A DNA stretch of 64,000 nucleotides, from assembly GCA_049472395.1 (NCBI GenBank), contig JBLIRR010000037.1, positions 20 to 64,019 of the forward strand, in the 5' to 3' direction. The translations under genes were made by a program, and so were the position numbers. Below the pieces are notes generated by a model, which worked only from the letters and a program-made list of their open reading frames with translations, ran no database searches and was not told where the DNA came from. This stretch comes from a bacterium (lineage in GTDB: Bacteria; SZUA-182; DTGQ01; JBLIRR01). This document shows, piece after piece, positions 29,618 to 40,458 of this stretch (position 1 is the stretch's first letter; each line of letters opens with the position of its first letter).

Positions 29618-30415
29618 ATGTGTAGTATTAAAAAATCAATGAATGTATTATTTATTATGGTGACCGCGTTTTCTTTTATCATTTTATCAATTAATATGGC
29701 TCAGGCACAATTTGACATGTTCCGTGAATTGGTGCCATCGGCTAAAACCCAGGGCGCGAATATGTTTGAGGCTGATTGGATACCAGGAACGAGAATGCCT
29801 GCTGCTGTCCCTGCTCCTGAGCAGTTGGTGGAAACGAAGATGTCTGAAACAAAGATGCCTGAAGAGGATAGTCAACTCGTTGAGGATAACCTTGAAGATG
29901 AACTTACGGATTCCAATGAACTTATAGTCGCTGCACTTGGCCCGATGTATCAGCCGAATCTTATAAGCGGCGGCAATAGATGGACAATTACCTTTTTTGA
30001 CGATTCCTCCCCCGTCCATACGCAATGGGCAACTCAGGGTATCTGTTTCAAATATAAAGGAAGAGTAGGACGGCATGACAGATACGTATGGTGGTCTGAT
30101 ACCTATCCGGATTGGAATGGAAGAGCAACTCAAGAAGGCGATCAAATTGTTATGTATGGCGATTATGCAGGAGATGTGGGACATGACGGTATGATATGGG
30201 ATATTGTCACAAGCAGCAGAAGTAATGAAGGAGCGGGCCACTGGTGGGAATGGCGTGAAGATGGCAAATACGGAAGAGTCATCGGTTTTGGAAATGCGAA
30301 GCTTATACGGAGAGGAAAGTGCAACTGTGATGAGGTAAAAGCCATGGATATTGATCTTCCTCTCACTAAAGATGGTTATATTATGGAAACGCCGTCAGGT
30401 ATGCAGTTTGAGTAG
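29618..30415 (+). CDS. Secreted hypothetical protein (Trp/Gly-rich C-terminal domain)
   Basis: RBS AAAGGAGAG. Signal peptide MNVLFIMVTAFSFIILSINMAQA. Confidence 0.5.
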   Translation: MCSIKKSMNVLFIMVTAFSFIILSINMAQAQFDMFRELVPSAKTQGANMFEADWIPGTRMPAAVPAPEQLVETKMSETKMPEEDSQLVEDNLEDELTDSNELIVAALGPMYQPNLISGGNRWTITFFDDSSPVHTQWATQGICFKYKGRVGRHDRYVWWSDTYPDWNGRATQEGDQIVMYGDYAGDVGHDGMIWDIVTSSRSNEGAGHWWEWREDGKYGRVIGFGNAKLIRRGKCNCDEVKAMDIDLPLTKDGYIMETPSGMQFE

Positions 30416-30427
30416 ATCGATTTTCAT

Positions 30428-30472
30428 AATCCTCCCTAAGTCTTCTTGGGGAGGATTTTTTATTTTCTTTTA
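30428..30472. terminator. Bidirectional intrinsic terminator between convergent genes
   Basis: AATCCTCCC-taagtcttcttg-GGGAGGATT followed by TTTTTATTTT on the plus strand and by an A/T run on the minus strand. Confidence 0.55.
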
Positions 30473-33192
30473 AAAAATTTGATTATTTCATGAGCGAATA
30501 GGAAAATTGCCGACGAGGCAATAATAGTTGCCCAATCTGCCAGTGTTAAACCGGTAAATGCCAAAAATGTATTCAATCCGGGTGTATAAATGGCAACAAT
30601 ACAAAAACCAATGGAAAGCAGAATAGAATAGAGCATATTTCTATTACTGAAAAAGTTTCTATTGAACAGGGATTCTAGCTCATACCGCCTTGAGAGGATA
30701 TTAATAAATTGTGCACCTACAATGGTCATATAACAAAGGGTTGTTGCTCTGCTATAAAGAACATGGGTTTCTGTAAGGACTACTCCCATTCTGCGAATAA
30801 AAAATCCAAAATTCAAAAAGCCCAACAACCCCATAAGAATCCCTAGAAAGATAATTTCTGTAGCTGTCTTTGTGTTCACAATATGGGATTCCCTGCTTCT
30901 GGGAGGGGATGTCATTAAATCCTTCGATCCTGGATCAAAGGTAAGAGCGGTGAGGGGGAGGATTTCTGCCAACAAATCGATGGCTAATATCTGTATGGCA
31001 AGGATCGGAATCGGCCATTTAAAAAGCGCAACTCCTAAAAGTCCTAATAATACAACTGTTAACTCTGCGCCATTACTCGTTAATGAGGCAAGCACGGTTT
31101 TCTTAAGATTATTAAAAATAGTGCGTCCTTCTCGAATAGCATGCACAAGTGTCGGAAAACTGTCATCTAACAATACAAGTTCGGCAGCCTGTTTGGATAC
31201 ATCTGTTCCCATTTGTCCCATTGCGACTCCAATATGTGCACTCTTAAGAGCCGGTGCATCATTTACCCCATCTCCTGTGACAGCAACGATTTTATCTTGG
31301 CTTTTTAGGATCTTGACAATACGCAATTTATTTTCAGGGGAGACCCGGGAGAAAATCAACGCCCTCTGTGTATCCATAGTCTTCTTTAATATGTCATCGG
31401 ACATGTTTTCCAATTGATGACCGGTGATAACCGGTACATCTTCACCCCTCATCGATAAATCAATTTTCTTGCCCACAGCCTGGGCTGTAATCGCATGATC
31501 ACCTGTCATGATAAAAGTACTAATGTGGGCTTGGTGTGCTTTATCTATTGCCTCTTTCACTCCCTCTTTCGGAGGATCAATCATGGCCACAAGCCCCAAA
31601 AACGTCACATCCCTCTCAATTTCCTCGAGGATATAATCCGTCTCGTCCGGCCCAAGCTTTCGAAATGCAATAGCTAATACACGCAGCGCCTTGTGAGAAT
31701 AAGCTTCATTTAAAGCCTCCAAATTTTTAATATCTTCGTCGGTTATGGGAGAAGCCTGAGAATCTTTCCAGATATATTTACTCACAGAAAGGACCTTATC
31801 AAGAGCCCCTTTCATCGCTAAAACCTTTTCGTCACCAAACTTGCGAACCGAACTCATCCGTTTCCTCACAGAATCAAAACTAAATTCATGCAACTCAGGG
31901 TTTTCTTCATCTTCCTTTGGTGAGCGGGTGCCAAGCTTTGTAGAGAGGGTAATTAAGGCTGCCTCTGTAGGATCGCCAATGGAATACCAGCTGGAATGAT
32001 TCTCATCCGGCGCATGAATTTCCGCATTGGAGGCCATGGTCGCAGCATCCATCATAATTTCCAGTTTATCAATAAATTCTTGCGTAAGTGGCTTTCCCTC
32101 ATCATCCACAATTGTGCCTTTCGGTTCATAGCCTATTCCTTTTACCTCATATTCCTTTCCGCAAAACCACACCTTTGTCACTGTCATTTCGTTTTTGGTA
32201 AGCGTCCCTGTCTTATCCGTACAAATTACATTTGTTGATCCTAAGGTTTCAACAGAGGAAAGCTTCTTGACAACTGCGTTTTCCTTGGCAAGACGGTTGA
32301 CACCTTTGGATAATGCAACGCTTATCTGCATGGGCAATGCCTGGGGTACAATGGCCACAGCAATTCCGAGCGCATAAATGAGGGCGAAATGCAGACCCAA
32401 TCCCTGGGAGAGGCTCACAAAGAAGAGAAGGATGGAAATTATAATTGCAAACACTGTAATCCTGTTGGCAACCACTTGGAGTTCCTGTTGGAGAGGAGAT
32501 TGAGAGGTTTTCGCTTCTTGTGTGAGATCGGCAATTTTACCCATTTCCGTGTCCATTCCCGTTGCCACAATAACACCCTTTCCATTCCCCGATGCTACCA
32601 TTGTTCCCAGATATGCCATGTTTTCACGATCAGCCAATACACATTCCTCTTTTATTAAATTGCTGTGTTTATTCTGGGGCATGGATTCTCCGGTCAGTGA
32701 TACGTCATTTGTGCGCAAATTAAATGATTCGATTATTCTCACATCTGCCGGGACCTTATCTCCCTCATCCAGACTGATAATATCGCCTTTTACCAATTCA
32801 GCCTGTGGCAGTTCCTTTAATTCGCCATCACGATATACCTTTGATGGTGATTGCACTAATTTTTTCAGGGATTCCATAATCTGTTCAGCTTTATATTCCT
32901 GAAAAAAACCGATAACCGCATTAATGATAGTGATGATCAGCATGATAATTCCATCCCGATAGCTTCTGATTAAAAAAGAGATACCTGCAGCTACCAACAA
33001 GACCGCCATAAACACATCTTTAAATTGGAGCAAAAATTTGATGATTACCGGCGTTTTCTTGCCTGTTACGAGTTCATTTGTGCCATCCTGCTCCAGCCTC
33101 TTGTGAGCTTCTGCAGTTGACAGCCCGGTTTGGGAAGTATTTAAGTGTTTTAAAACCTCTATGGCTGGTTGTCGATACCATTCTTTCATCAT
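30460..33192 (-). CDS. P2-type cation-transporting ATPase (Ca2+/Mg2+ family)
   Basis: ICTDKTGTLT phosphorylation motif, TGDGVNDAPALK hinge, MTGDH, about 10 TM helices, 910 aa. Confidence 0.9.
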   Translation of the reverse strand: MMKEWYRQPAIEVLKHLNTSQTGLSTAEAHKRLEQDGTNELVTGKKTPVIIKFLLQFKDVFMAVLLVAAGISFLIRSYRDGIIMLIITIINAVIGFFQEYKAEQIMESLKKLVQSPSKVYRDGELKELPQAELVKGDIISLDEGDKVPADVRIIESFNLRTNDVSLTGESMPQNKHSNLIKEECVLADRENMAYLGTMVASGNGKGVIVATGMDTEMGKIADLTQEAKTSQSPLQQELQVVANRITVFAIIISILLFFVSLSQGLGLHFALIYALGIAVAIVPQALPMQISVALSKGVNRLAKENAVVKKLSSVETLGSTNVICTDKTGTLTKNEMTVTKVWFCGKEYEVKGIGYEPKGTIVDDEGKPLTQEFIDKLEIMMDAATMASNAEIHAPDENHSSWYSIGDPTEAALITLSTKLGTRSPKEDEENPELHEFSFDSVRKRMSSVRKFGDEKVLAMKGALDKVLSVSKYIWKDSQASPITDEDIKNLEALNEAYSHKALRVLAIAFRKLGPDETDYILEEIERDVTFLGLVAMIDPPKEGVKEAIDKAHQAHISTFIMTGDHAITAQAVGKKIDLSMRGEDVPVITGHQLENMSDDILKKTMDTQRALIFSRVSPENKLRIVKILKSQDKIVAVTGDGVNDAPALKSAHIGVAMGQMGTDVSKQAAELVLLDDSFPTLVHAIREGRTIFNNLKKTVLASLTSNGAELTVVLLGLLGVALFKWPIPILAIQILAIDLLAEILPLTALTFDPGSKDLMTSPPRSRESHIVNTKTATEIIFLGILMGLLGFLNFGFFIRRMGVVLTETHVLYSRATTLCYMTIVGAQFINILSRRYELESLFNRNFFSNRNMLYSILLSIGFCIVAIYTPGLNTFLAFTGLTLADWATIIASSAIFLFAHEIIKFFKRK

Positions 33193-33376
33193 GCAATTAT
33201 TCCTTTTTCGTGCGTAAAAGTCTATTGTAACATTATTTAAGATATATCAGGAAATTATATTTATAATGTGCGGAATTTGTCAAGCACGCTGCCATCACTA
33301 TACAGGGCAATCTCGCATGAAAGATTTTTTTCATACGATTGCCCTGATACTTGTGGTTTATACAAAGTCTGTTTCA

Positions 33377-36124
33377 CTACATTATTAGAAACTGTACCTG
33401 TACACTAAGTGTTGAGCTCGTAGACAATCCCCAGAATTTCAGATTTTTCAATTGATTAATTATACATAATCCTACTGCCTCGCCTATGTCATTTCTGGTG
33501 ATCTCAGAGAAAATAACATTCCCATTGACATCAATTCTAATATTTACATCAAGGTTTCCTTTCATGTATATTCCCTGCAGACAGGAAGAGAGTTTAGAGA
33601 TATTCATGGTAATAATATTCTTAACATTGTTTTCTAATTTTTCGTCGCCTACAATGGTTACTTTTTGAATTGACAGTCCTCCAGTTACCATTCCCTGACC
33701 AACTGTTGCCGGCAAAATAACATTAAATCCTAATGTCTGCATACTTGGAGCAATGATAGATGTTCCCCAATTCGGTAATGAGAGTGAGGATTGGAAAGGT
33801 TGGTTGAAAATTGCAGGAGTATTTACACTAAAAATTGTTAGAGGATTTGATAATGGAAATTGTGATGCTCCCCCACGCACAGGAAATGTAAAAGCTGTAT
33901 TATAGAGAGAAACAGGAGAGATCGGAATATAATTAAAGAGACTCTGCGTCTGTGAAAGTGGAACCAGCGAGGGAAATATGGTATTAGGTCCACTAATACC
34001 GCTAGTATTAAAAACAGAACCAGGAGAAGAGGAAATCGATGGCGCAGATTGAATATGTGTACTCGTATACCCCGGTACACTCATTCCAAACCCACTACTT
34101 GCAACAGCACTCATTCCTCCTCCTACTCCGCCAGTTAAAGCATAACCGCTTGGAGCTGAGGCAGGGAGACCAGAACCAATACTCCAGTTGTAAAATGAAG
34201 AGGATCTTGCTGCTGCCCCACTCATCGAACCTGTTCCCACAGCATAATCAGATACTCCCTCAGAAAGGGGCAGGGCTTGTTTTACAGTTGTCGATTCCCC
34301 TGTTTCATTCCGTACCAGAGTATCAACCGCCACAAATGAGGTATAATCCGTAAGTAAATTATATTGCAAGCCCAAATCCGTTATCACATTTACAATATCA
34401 GCATCAGTGGATAATTTATTGTAATCTCCGAGAATCATAATACGATGGCGGGCCCATAGATAACGTAATGCAGAATTTTTGTCCGAGGGCTGAACATCTC
34501 CAACAGTAAAAACCTTCGTATACTCTTCATCCCCTGAAAAGCCGGTTAATTCGATTTCTCCCTCAGGATTTCCACTCCATTTGCCAAAACAAATGACGGG
34601 TCTTTCCGCAAGCACATCAGGAATGCTCGGCGGTTCAATATCATACGCCCCAAATTCTCCAAAATCCACATTAATTTGGGTCAGTACAGGAGATTCTATA
34701 TAACGGCGGAACTTTTCTCCCTGAGCTGCTGCCTCAGCCTGTTTCGTGACAACAAACGGCTCGCCCATGCCGACATGAGCCATGCCTTCGATGATATGAC
34801 GATTGACGCTTGAGCCAATTCCAAAGGCAAATACGTTGGCATCTCCCAGGTTTTTACGTATCAAGTCAAAGACTTCAGGCTCAACAGTAACAAAGCCATC
34901 AGTAACAGGAACAATGATTCGGGACATTCCTTCACTTCGCGGTAAGGCCAGAGCACGGATAAGGGCGCGCAGTATCTCAGTGCCTCCTCCCCCTCTCTGC
35001 CTGTCAATAAGATCTATAGCAGTTTGGATATTTTCCTCTGTCGCAGGCAAAGATCCTTCCTCCGACATTATTGCTGCACTGTTTGCGAATAGGAGCACGT
35101 TGAATCTATCTTCAGGTCTGAGATTATTGATGAGATCTTTAAGTAATTTTTTTGATATTTCAAGGGGAAAGCCACTCATTGAGCCGGAAACGTCAACGAT
35201 AAAGATATATTCCCGGGGAGTAATATCCTTCTGCTCAACCTTTTCAGGGGGTTGTACCATCAAGAGAAAGAAATTTTCTTCCTCACCTTCATACAGGAGC
35301 ACACCGGACTCAATAGCCCCACCAGCCAATTGATATTTAAGGATAAAATCACGATTGCCTCCAAACTGCTCCGATTCCCCAAGCCTGATCACTGCGAAGG
35401 ATTTCCCTTCATACTGAATATTAGTTTCATGGGTATCGCACAACACCTGTTGAATAGGAAGCCCTGCTGAAATATCGACTTGAATATCAAAAGTATACGA
35501 TGGTGCTTCACCCTCATGCAAATAGGGATTTACCACCCATTCTTCAGATGATGTCGCTTCAGCAATAGGTGTATTTGAATATCGAGGGCTTACAACGGTG
35601 GGATAGACAAATTCATATATGGAGTCTGTGGGAACGAGTAATTCAGTGTACCTCAGCTCAACCTGGATTTCATCGCCGGGCATGATATTAGCCACATTCA
35701 TTTGAAACACATTCGGCCGCTGCTGTTCTAAAAGCGACGCGCTTTTGCCTTCTTCTTTCGCCTTTTCATAAGTTTCTCTTGCTTCCTCCTTTTTTTGAAT
35801 CTCCGCTACGATGGTTCGATCACCGATTGTCATTATCATTCCATACACAGCAGCTCGTGTAGAGGCAGGGAATACATAGATCGCTTCAAGAGTATGCTCT
35901 CCCTCATTTTTATAAATCTGGGATACCACCACATCAGCGATAACACCGGCAATATTCACACTGGCTGAGGTAGATTTCAAGGGGAGCTGATCAAGATCAG
36001 AATCCTCGCTTATGACAAGAAAATAAGGTGATAAGGTTTTATCGCTCTCATCTGAGAGTTCGTCCGAGAGCGCCGGGTTTGCAATAAATAAAATTAAGAA
36101 AATGCACATTACTACTCTTTTCAT
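33377..36124 (-). CDS. Secreted VIT + von Willebrand factor A domain protein with Ser/Gly/Pro-rich linker and C-terminal domain
   Basis: Signal peptide. MIDAS motif DVSGSMSG in IFIVDVSGSMSGFPL. The N-terminal approximately 250 aa has VIT-like architecture. Long low-complexity S/G/P/T region. Confidence 0.7.
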   Translation of the reverse strand: MKRVVMCIFLILFIANPALSDELSDESDKTLSPYFLVISEDSDLDQLPLKSTSASVNIAGVIADVVVSQIYKNEGEHTLEAIYVFPASTRAAVYGMIMTIGDRTIVAEIQKKEEARETYEKAKEEGKSASLLEQQRPNVFQMNVANIMPGDEIQVELRYTELLVPTDSIYEFVYPTVVSPRYSNTPIAEATSSEEWVVNPYLHEGEAPSYTFDIQVDISAGLPIQQVLCDTHETNIQYEGKSFAVIRLGESEQFGGNRDFILKYQLAGGAIESGVLLYEGEEENFFLLMVQPPEKVEQKDITPREYIFIVDVSGSMSGFPLEISKKLLKDLINNLRPEDRFNVLLFANSAAIMSEEGSLPATEENIQTAIDLIDRQRGGGGTEILRALIRALALPRSEGMSRIIVPVTDGFVTVEPEVFDLIRKNLGDANVFAFGIGSSVNRHIIEGMAHVGMGEPFVVTKQAEAAAQGEKFRRYIESPVLTQINVDFGEFGAYDIEPPSIPDVLAERPVICFGKWSGNPEGEIELTGFSGDEEYTKVFTVGDVQPSDKNSALRYLWARHRIMILGDYNKLSTDADIVNVITDLGLQYNLLTDYTSFVAVDTLVRNETGESTTVKQALPLSEGVSDYAVGTGSMSGAAARSSSFYNWSIGSGLPASAPSGYALTGGVGGGMSAVASSGFGMSVPGYTSTHIQSAPSISSSPGSVFNTSGISGPNTIFPSLVPLSQTQSLFNYIPISPVSLYNTAFTFPVRGGASQFPLSNPLTIFSVNTPAIFNQPFQSSLSLPNWGTSIIAPSMQTLGFNVILPATVGQGMVTGGLSIQKVTIVGDEKLENNVKNIITMNISKLSSCLQGIYMKGNLDVNIRIDVNGNVIFSEITRNDIGEAVGLCIINQLKNLKFWGLSTSSTLSVQVQFLIM

Positions 36125-36688
36125 GACTTTTCTCCTTAATTTGTCTTACTCTTTATGAGTATTACATTATTTAATGTCTCGCGGCTTTAGTATGTGCTTT
36201 TTAATTTTTTATACACCCCCTTTCTGATCATACATTAATGTATCTCCTCTTTTTTTAATGTGATAAAAAGAAACTTCTGATTATTATTTTTTTCATAACA
36301 TTATTATACACCATCATACTCATTTTTACTATATTAATATTCTTATTATGTATTGACAGGAATACGCTTTTTGAGCCACTAGGATATATTATTATAAATT
36401 AATATAAATCTACTATAATTTTAAATAAAAATCCGCAGAAGGGAGATATATACTAACTATAGGTATTATGAGTACCGCAGGGATCATATTTAAGGTAGGG
36501 GATTTTAGAGATTATCAAATTCAATCTGAGATACAATAAGATGTCGGATTGGATCTATATAAGATAAGCTCAGGAAAACATAAAGGAGAGAGGCATATCA
36601 CTAAAAGAGTTAGGAGTCTGCTTCGCAAGCTTCTCTATTTTGCTTCATTGAATATGGCCAAAAAGATAAATAGGAGAAACAAAAATGC

Positions 36689-36766
36689 AAGTAGGGCCAT
36701 TTCTGACCCTACTTTTAAATTTTAAAACTAAAATCAGGGAGGAAATGGCCCTACTCATCACTCCCT
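36689..36766. terminator. Long inverted repeat (14-bp arms AGTAGGGCCATTTC / GAAATGGCCCTACT) immediately 3' of gene 36789..38491
   Basis: Arms are separated by about 48 nt. It sits directly after the stop of the minus-strand gene and may be a terminator or other structured RNA. Confidence 0.3.
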
Positions 36767-36788
36767 AAATTGTCTATAACCAAATCAA

Positions 36789-38491
36789 TTACTTTTTCGG
36801 ACCAACATTAGTAAAAGTAAAATCATAGGTATAATCCACATAACTGGTAAATCCCTCTGGTGCATCGAAGGTAACAAGCATCACCGCGCTACTAGAGTTT
36901 TTAAGTATCTTGTTAAGTTCAAGTATCCCATCTTCGGTGACATCGTCGAGTCTCATGGTCAGTACCTTAAATTCGTTACCGGATTTTTTCTCCTTAATGC
37001 CGACAAATGACACGGTAAAGTCGTTGTTAATGGGCAGAATTTCAGTGATATCTTTGAACGCTTCTGTGTTGGAACAGTCGGAAATTAAAGTCCCGTCCAC
37101 GTAAACGTTGTCCACTATCCAGCCATCTTCAGTGTGAAATGCCCAGTCAGTAACGTAGCGGAAGGCAATGAGAATATCCTGACCGGCGTAAGCACTGAGG
37201 TCAAAGCTCATACTAATCCAACTTCCGCTATATCCCGTCAGGCCGGGCAGATTCTCTATAACCTTAGGATAGGAGCCATCTATGGGTTCATCTACAGTAT
37301 ACTCGTTAGCCAAACTAGTCCAGGTGTGCCCGCCGTCTGCAGATACTTGCACGAAACCAAAGTCCCATTCTTCTTCGATATCATAAAAGGTGTCGAAGCT
37401 CAGCGTGCCTCCGCCAGCGGCCTCAAAGATGGCCCAATTATCAATTTCATCGCCTGTGCCACTCATCAGGACATTGCCATCCGAACTCCAGGCCGTCGGT
37501 TGCATCGTATAGTCAACCCCGTTGAATGTAAGCTTAGCAAGGTCCTTAGGATCTCCATCGATCCAGATATAGTCCGTACCCCAGGGTGGGGCGCCTGATG
37601 TGCTAAAGGCCTCGGTATTAGGAGAATCAGGGCTTCCGATGTTAAGGTTAAAACTAATGTTTTCGAGTTGATAACGACCTCCTCCTGGTGTCATGGAATC
37701 GATTAACAATGCAACAGCCCAGTCATGATAAAGGTCACCAAAATCCTTTTTGATGTTGAAGTCCCCCAAAGTAGAATTGATAGACGAAATACCGTTATCT
37801 GGATTGCAAACCATTGCCTGGATGAAGGGACCGCCAAAGTTTTCAAAAAGGTAAAGCGTCCAAAGATAGGCATGTCCATAATCAGAAAGGATTTCTAAAT
37901 CTCCTTGATCTCCCCAGACTACGAGTGAATTCTCGGGTCGATTTGCTGCATCATTGACATGAGAATCTGGGTGACCATAGCCGTTCAGGAAGAAAGCAAA
38001 ATCTGAGCACCCCTCGTTAATCCATAGTTCTTCATCAGGATCAATATCATCAATGAATTGTTTTAATTCTTTTATTTTAATTTCCGCATCAGTTCTATCC
38101 AAAACTTCCATTTGCATATTCCTTATTAACCGGTTCTCTTCTTTGTATTTTGATGCATATTGCTCAAGTCTCTCAATGCGATTGTGTGCTTCAATTACTG
38201 CCCCATGAGATGTAGGCAAAGAGAATTGAAGGACTTTTTTGCTATAACGCTGCGCATATGGATAATTGCCAACCAATTCCTCATAAAACCAGGCAATTTT
38301 ATTATTGATAGCGGCCTTTTCTTCATCAGACAGATTATCGGCATGTAATGCTGATTCTAATAATACTTTCCCTTTATGCAGTTCGCCATCTGAAATATGT
38401 AATTGTGCTTTTTGAATAATGTCCATTGCTTCATTGCTGTAAGCAGAAGCAACGAAAATAAAAGAAAGCACAATTTAAACCAATATCTCAT
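36789..38491 (-). CDS. Secreted M6 (InhA)-like protein with degenerate zinc motif; N-terminal frameshift
   Basis: The true start is the ATG at 38491, with AAAGGAG 8 nt upstream and signal peptide MRYWFKLCFLLFSLLLL. That start is out of frame by one base with the rest of the ORF, which begins (GTG)LSFIFVASA|YSNEA. The shift lies in the T-rich run at 38455-38470. SDYGH sits where M6 peptidases have HEYGH. C-terminal W/D-rich beta-sandwich (…GWIVDNVYVDG). Confidence 0.55.
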
Positions 38492-38493
38492 TT

Positions 38494-38700
38494 GGTAGAC
38501 TCCTTTGAATTAGTTCCCTCTTCTTTCTTCTCATTATCCTCTGTACTTTTTAAATATTTTGAAAAGATAATGGTTATCGCGGCTCCAAATAGTGCAGATG
38601 AGACGAAAAGCATTGAAGAAATCGCAAAAACAATCGAACCGATTGAACTTGAGTTGGGATTATACCCCTTCTTGACTCTCAGAATTTTTCTTTTTTACTT
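38494..38700 (-). pseudogene. Paralog of small membrane protein 40964..41197 lacking a start codon; stop overlaps the start of the next gene (ATGA)
   Basis: Encodes ...ILRVKKGYNPNSSSIGSIVFAISSMLFVSSALFGAAITIIFSKY..., matching ...ILRIKKGYNPNSSSVGSQIPYLFAFFAGTGIITIIILPIF... of the other copy. A shared DNA block of about 55 bp sits at 38650-38700 and 41107-41165. Confidence 0.4.
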
Positions 38701-39708
38701 TCACACATACTATTTCCCTCAAAATAATTCCTATTAAAACCAAAAAATACATGCCGGCAACAGGTGAGATAAACGCAAGGTTATAAAAAAGAAGATATGC
38801 CACCGCTTTTGCGCGATAGAGGGGCACCGGGATCATGGATACAATGGGTATATACATCTGACCGACGCAGGACAGGTCTCCACAGGCAATAAAAAAGCCG
38901 AGAACAACCGCAACCGGAATGACCATCACAAAATGATTTATCAATGCGCTGAACCACCGCCGGATGTTGTCCCCAAATAACTATGCAAAGGGTAGGCGCG
39001 ACACACCCGATACGCTGTGTGAACTCTTAATACTGATGGCTGCCAGCACCACGACTCCAAGCACCATGCCCCATTTAATCATGGGTGCAATCCAGCTGAG
39101 TGCCGAGATAAAAAGGGACCCTGATAAAAGAAAAGGCCCATAAGGGTGCAGGTAAAAAGCATGGCCGTTACAAAGACAAGGCCAGAGATAAGAGACTTCC
39201 ATCTGTCGCTGCCCAAAAAAATCAGAAAGGCGATTAAAAAACTTAAGGTTGTGAACACGCAGGAATTTGCACTGTCAAGCAGACCAGCGGCAATTACTGC
39301 CCTGGATGACAATGCATCAAAGGTTGTTTCTTTGATCGTTTTTGTATCACATGAATCTTGAAAGGGAACAATGGAATTATGAATATATTCTTCCGGATTC
39401 TGACTGAAGTTTCTCAATTCCTCTTTCAGATTATTCCCGATATCCGTTTCCCCGCTAAGCACCTGATCGCCCACAAATATTGTAGGGATATCCGAATTTT
39501 GGTCGCCAAAATCCATACCAGCAGATAAAAAAAGATCATACACATCTTCATGTAATTCCAGATCATAAAAATACACGTTTAAGGATATGTGATAGTGCTT
39601 GGCTAATCGTGGGAAAATACTGCGTAATAATTTTTTACAATACGAACAATCGCCATATGAAAATAGGTGAATCGGTAAGAAGGGCTCATTTTCCCCTTCC
39701 TCTATCAC
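38660..39708 (-). pseudogene. Thioredoxin-like (CSYC) + CcdA/DsbD-family membrane thiol-disulfide transporter, split by at least two frameshifts
   Basis: Three consecutive overlapping ORFs (39079..39708, 38981..39202, 38660..38944) in different frames. Together they encode a CxxC domain followed by CcdA-like TM helices containing LLDSANSCVFTTLSFL and FIACGDLSC. Confidence 0.5.
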
Positions 39709-39789
39709 GATTTCCTGTCTGACTTTTTCAGCGACTTTGCTCAGCCTATGGCTGTCACTGGTAGTGTTATTTTTGGGACTTAAGGTGAA

Positions 39790-40424
39790 TTAATCTAAAA
39801 TCGTATCATTGACATCAATTGCGCTGATTGTGATTGCACCGGCATTGACATCAACCTTACAAAAGTGATATTTTCTGGCCTCTGCCTGGGATGAATAATC
39901 CTTTTTTTTATTCATCCATAATAATTCAGCACCTCCGCCGCCGGAGATGATATATCGGATACCATTACACTGCGAGCGCTCATATAGGTGCCAGGATGAA
40001 AATACAAGATCTGCATTGCCCGTTCTATTACCTGTTGATGATGTTTGTGGGTCCTGTTCTCCCCAGGCCGTGGATCTCCAAATACGATAAATGAAAATGA
40101 TTCCCCCTTATTATAGGCGGTTCTTATTTGATACGAGGAATCATTATGTGGGGTTTTAATGATCCCGCTACCGCACATAACTTGATAATTATATGTATGG
40201 CCTGATTGCAGTCCGCTGATTTTTACAAAATGTGATCTGGATTCTTTCTCCGATGTAAATGTGGTAATCTTATCATTGTCATATACTAAAACCTTGGCAT
40301 TCATACTCTGTTTTAAATGAAAAGCAACCGTCGCGGACACTCTATCAACTTCCAATACATAAGGGGCGATCAAAAACTGATTGTCGATCGAGTGGGCATC
40401 TACTCGATGCTGAAAATAAAACAC
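39790..40424 (-). pseudogene. Purple-acid-phosphatase-like metallophosphoesterase, internally deleted and frameshifted
   Basis: Frame A carries the N-terminal beta domain and motif I (FIVFGDPRPG). Frame B, overlapping from about 40075 down, carries ...ADLVFSSWHLYERS...YIISGGGGAELL...YHFCKVDVNAGAITISAIDVNDTILD. Motifs II-IV are absent and the catalytic GH is replaced by SW. Confidence 0.5.
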
Positions 40425-40458
40425 GAGGAATATTAAAAAAAAGCTTTAAAGAACCGCT

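Noticed and set aside
30872-32902. Plus-strand ORFs inside 30460..33192
   Set aside because: They are antisense to the P-type ATPase gene.
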